A stretch of 64,000 nucleotides of DNA. Source: Daphnia carinata. Taxonomy: Eukaryota. Within the stretch, counting starts at the first letter, position 1. Every line of letters starts with the position of its first letter. The position numbers and the translations under genes were made by a program. The DNA is taken from positions 7,564,001 through 7,628,000 of the forward strand of contig NC_081331.1 of the NCBI RefSeq assembly GCF_022539665.2. Direction: 5' to 3'. The notes under the pieces were generated by a model. It worked only from the letters and a program-made list of their open reading frames with translations, was not told the origin of the DNA and made no database searches. Shown piece after piece: positions 63,288-64,000 of this stretch.

Positions 63288-64000
63288 ATATTATTGAAAA
63301 ATGGTTTGTGTGATTTCCCAGCTACGCGTGTTGCCGAAACTTAAAATATAATCCGCCTATAGCTGAATCTGATTGTAGAATAACTCATTTTCATTCAATA
63401 TGAAATAATAAACAAATATATTATAATTGTGAATACGCTTTTATTGTTTATTTCATTCAAATTTTTATTTATTGCAAATTAACGTTTAGTTTAGCCATTT
63501 GCTTCTTAAAATCATTGAAGTGCAGAACGGTAAAGTATACAGTTAGTTAAAGCTTCATTTGTTATGCAAAGGGAACGGTTACTTCATGTGTGTCAAAGTG
63601 CAAACTTTTGTAAAATTTTTAACATGGTTTCATTCATGTTATTAATAAAAGGAGAATAGAAAGAAAAATTTGCTTTTAATTTTCTCCATCTGCTTTATAT
63701 CAAAACTGGATGGCAAATTGTAAGAAATTTTAGGAAAGACTGCGCTTTCACAAGTGTTGGTAGGTCAATTGGGTCAATTGGGGGTGTTGGTAGTCAATTG
63801 GGAAATCGAGAACCATATCAATGGTAAGATCTTCCAATAAGGTCCTTCGAACGTGATGTTCTGGATGTTCGCGATCAATGAATGTCTGATGAGTCCGGAG
63901 TGCTGCTTCCATATCAGGATAAGTCACTCTGCCTTTATGTTTTCCCGGTGTAACATAATAAAAACCTGCTGTGACACACTTGGGACACGAGTAGTATCCG

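Overview
Eukaryotic (animal) DNA. Its ~60-90 nt GT-AG introns and transposon types look like a small crustacean such as Daphnia (inference only). The window is a pile of nested, mostly decayed transposons with no intact host gene. (1) Three related Ty3/Gypsy elements carry an env-like ORF: A (1-9060, minus, 3' end outside the window), B (19492-35546, minus, both LTRs, GTAG target-site duplication) and C (~9370-13440, plus, pol deleted). Their env matches the herpesvirus gB / class III fusogen pattern, not the usual errantivirus F-type. (2) Element B has two tRNA-like cloverleafs in its pol-env spacer. Its pol is broken by a 5.2-kb CCC-ended CACTA-like element carrying Ig-domain host exons and by a Tc1-like end. 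(3) A separate baculovirus-F/errantivirus-type env relic lies at 40.6-42.2 kb. (4) A Copia element has an apparent 61-nt intron in gag and a CACTA-like MITE; the MITE plus one flank is duplicated in inverted orientation, ending exactly at a TIR. (5) Also present: a BEL/Pao element with a solo LTR inside, a hAT MITE with an 8-bp TSD, LINE fragments, other Gypsy relics and decayed ORFs of unknown origin. All homology calls come from reading motifs by eye; no database search was run.
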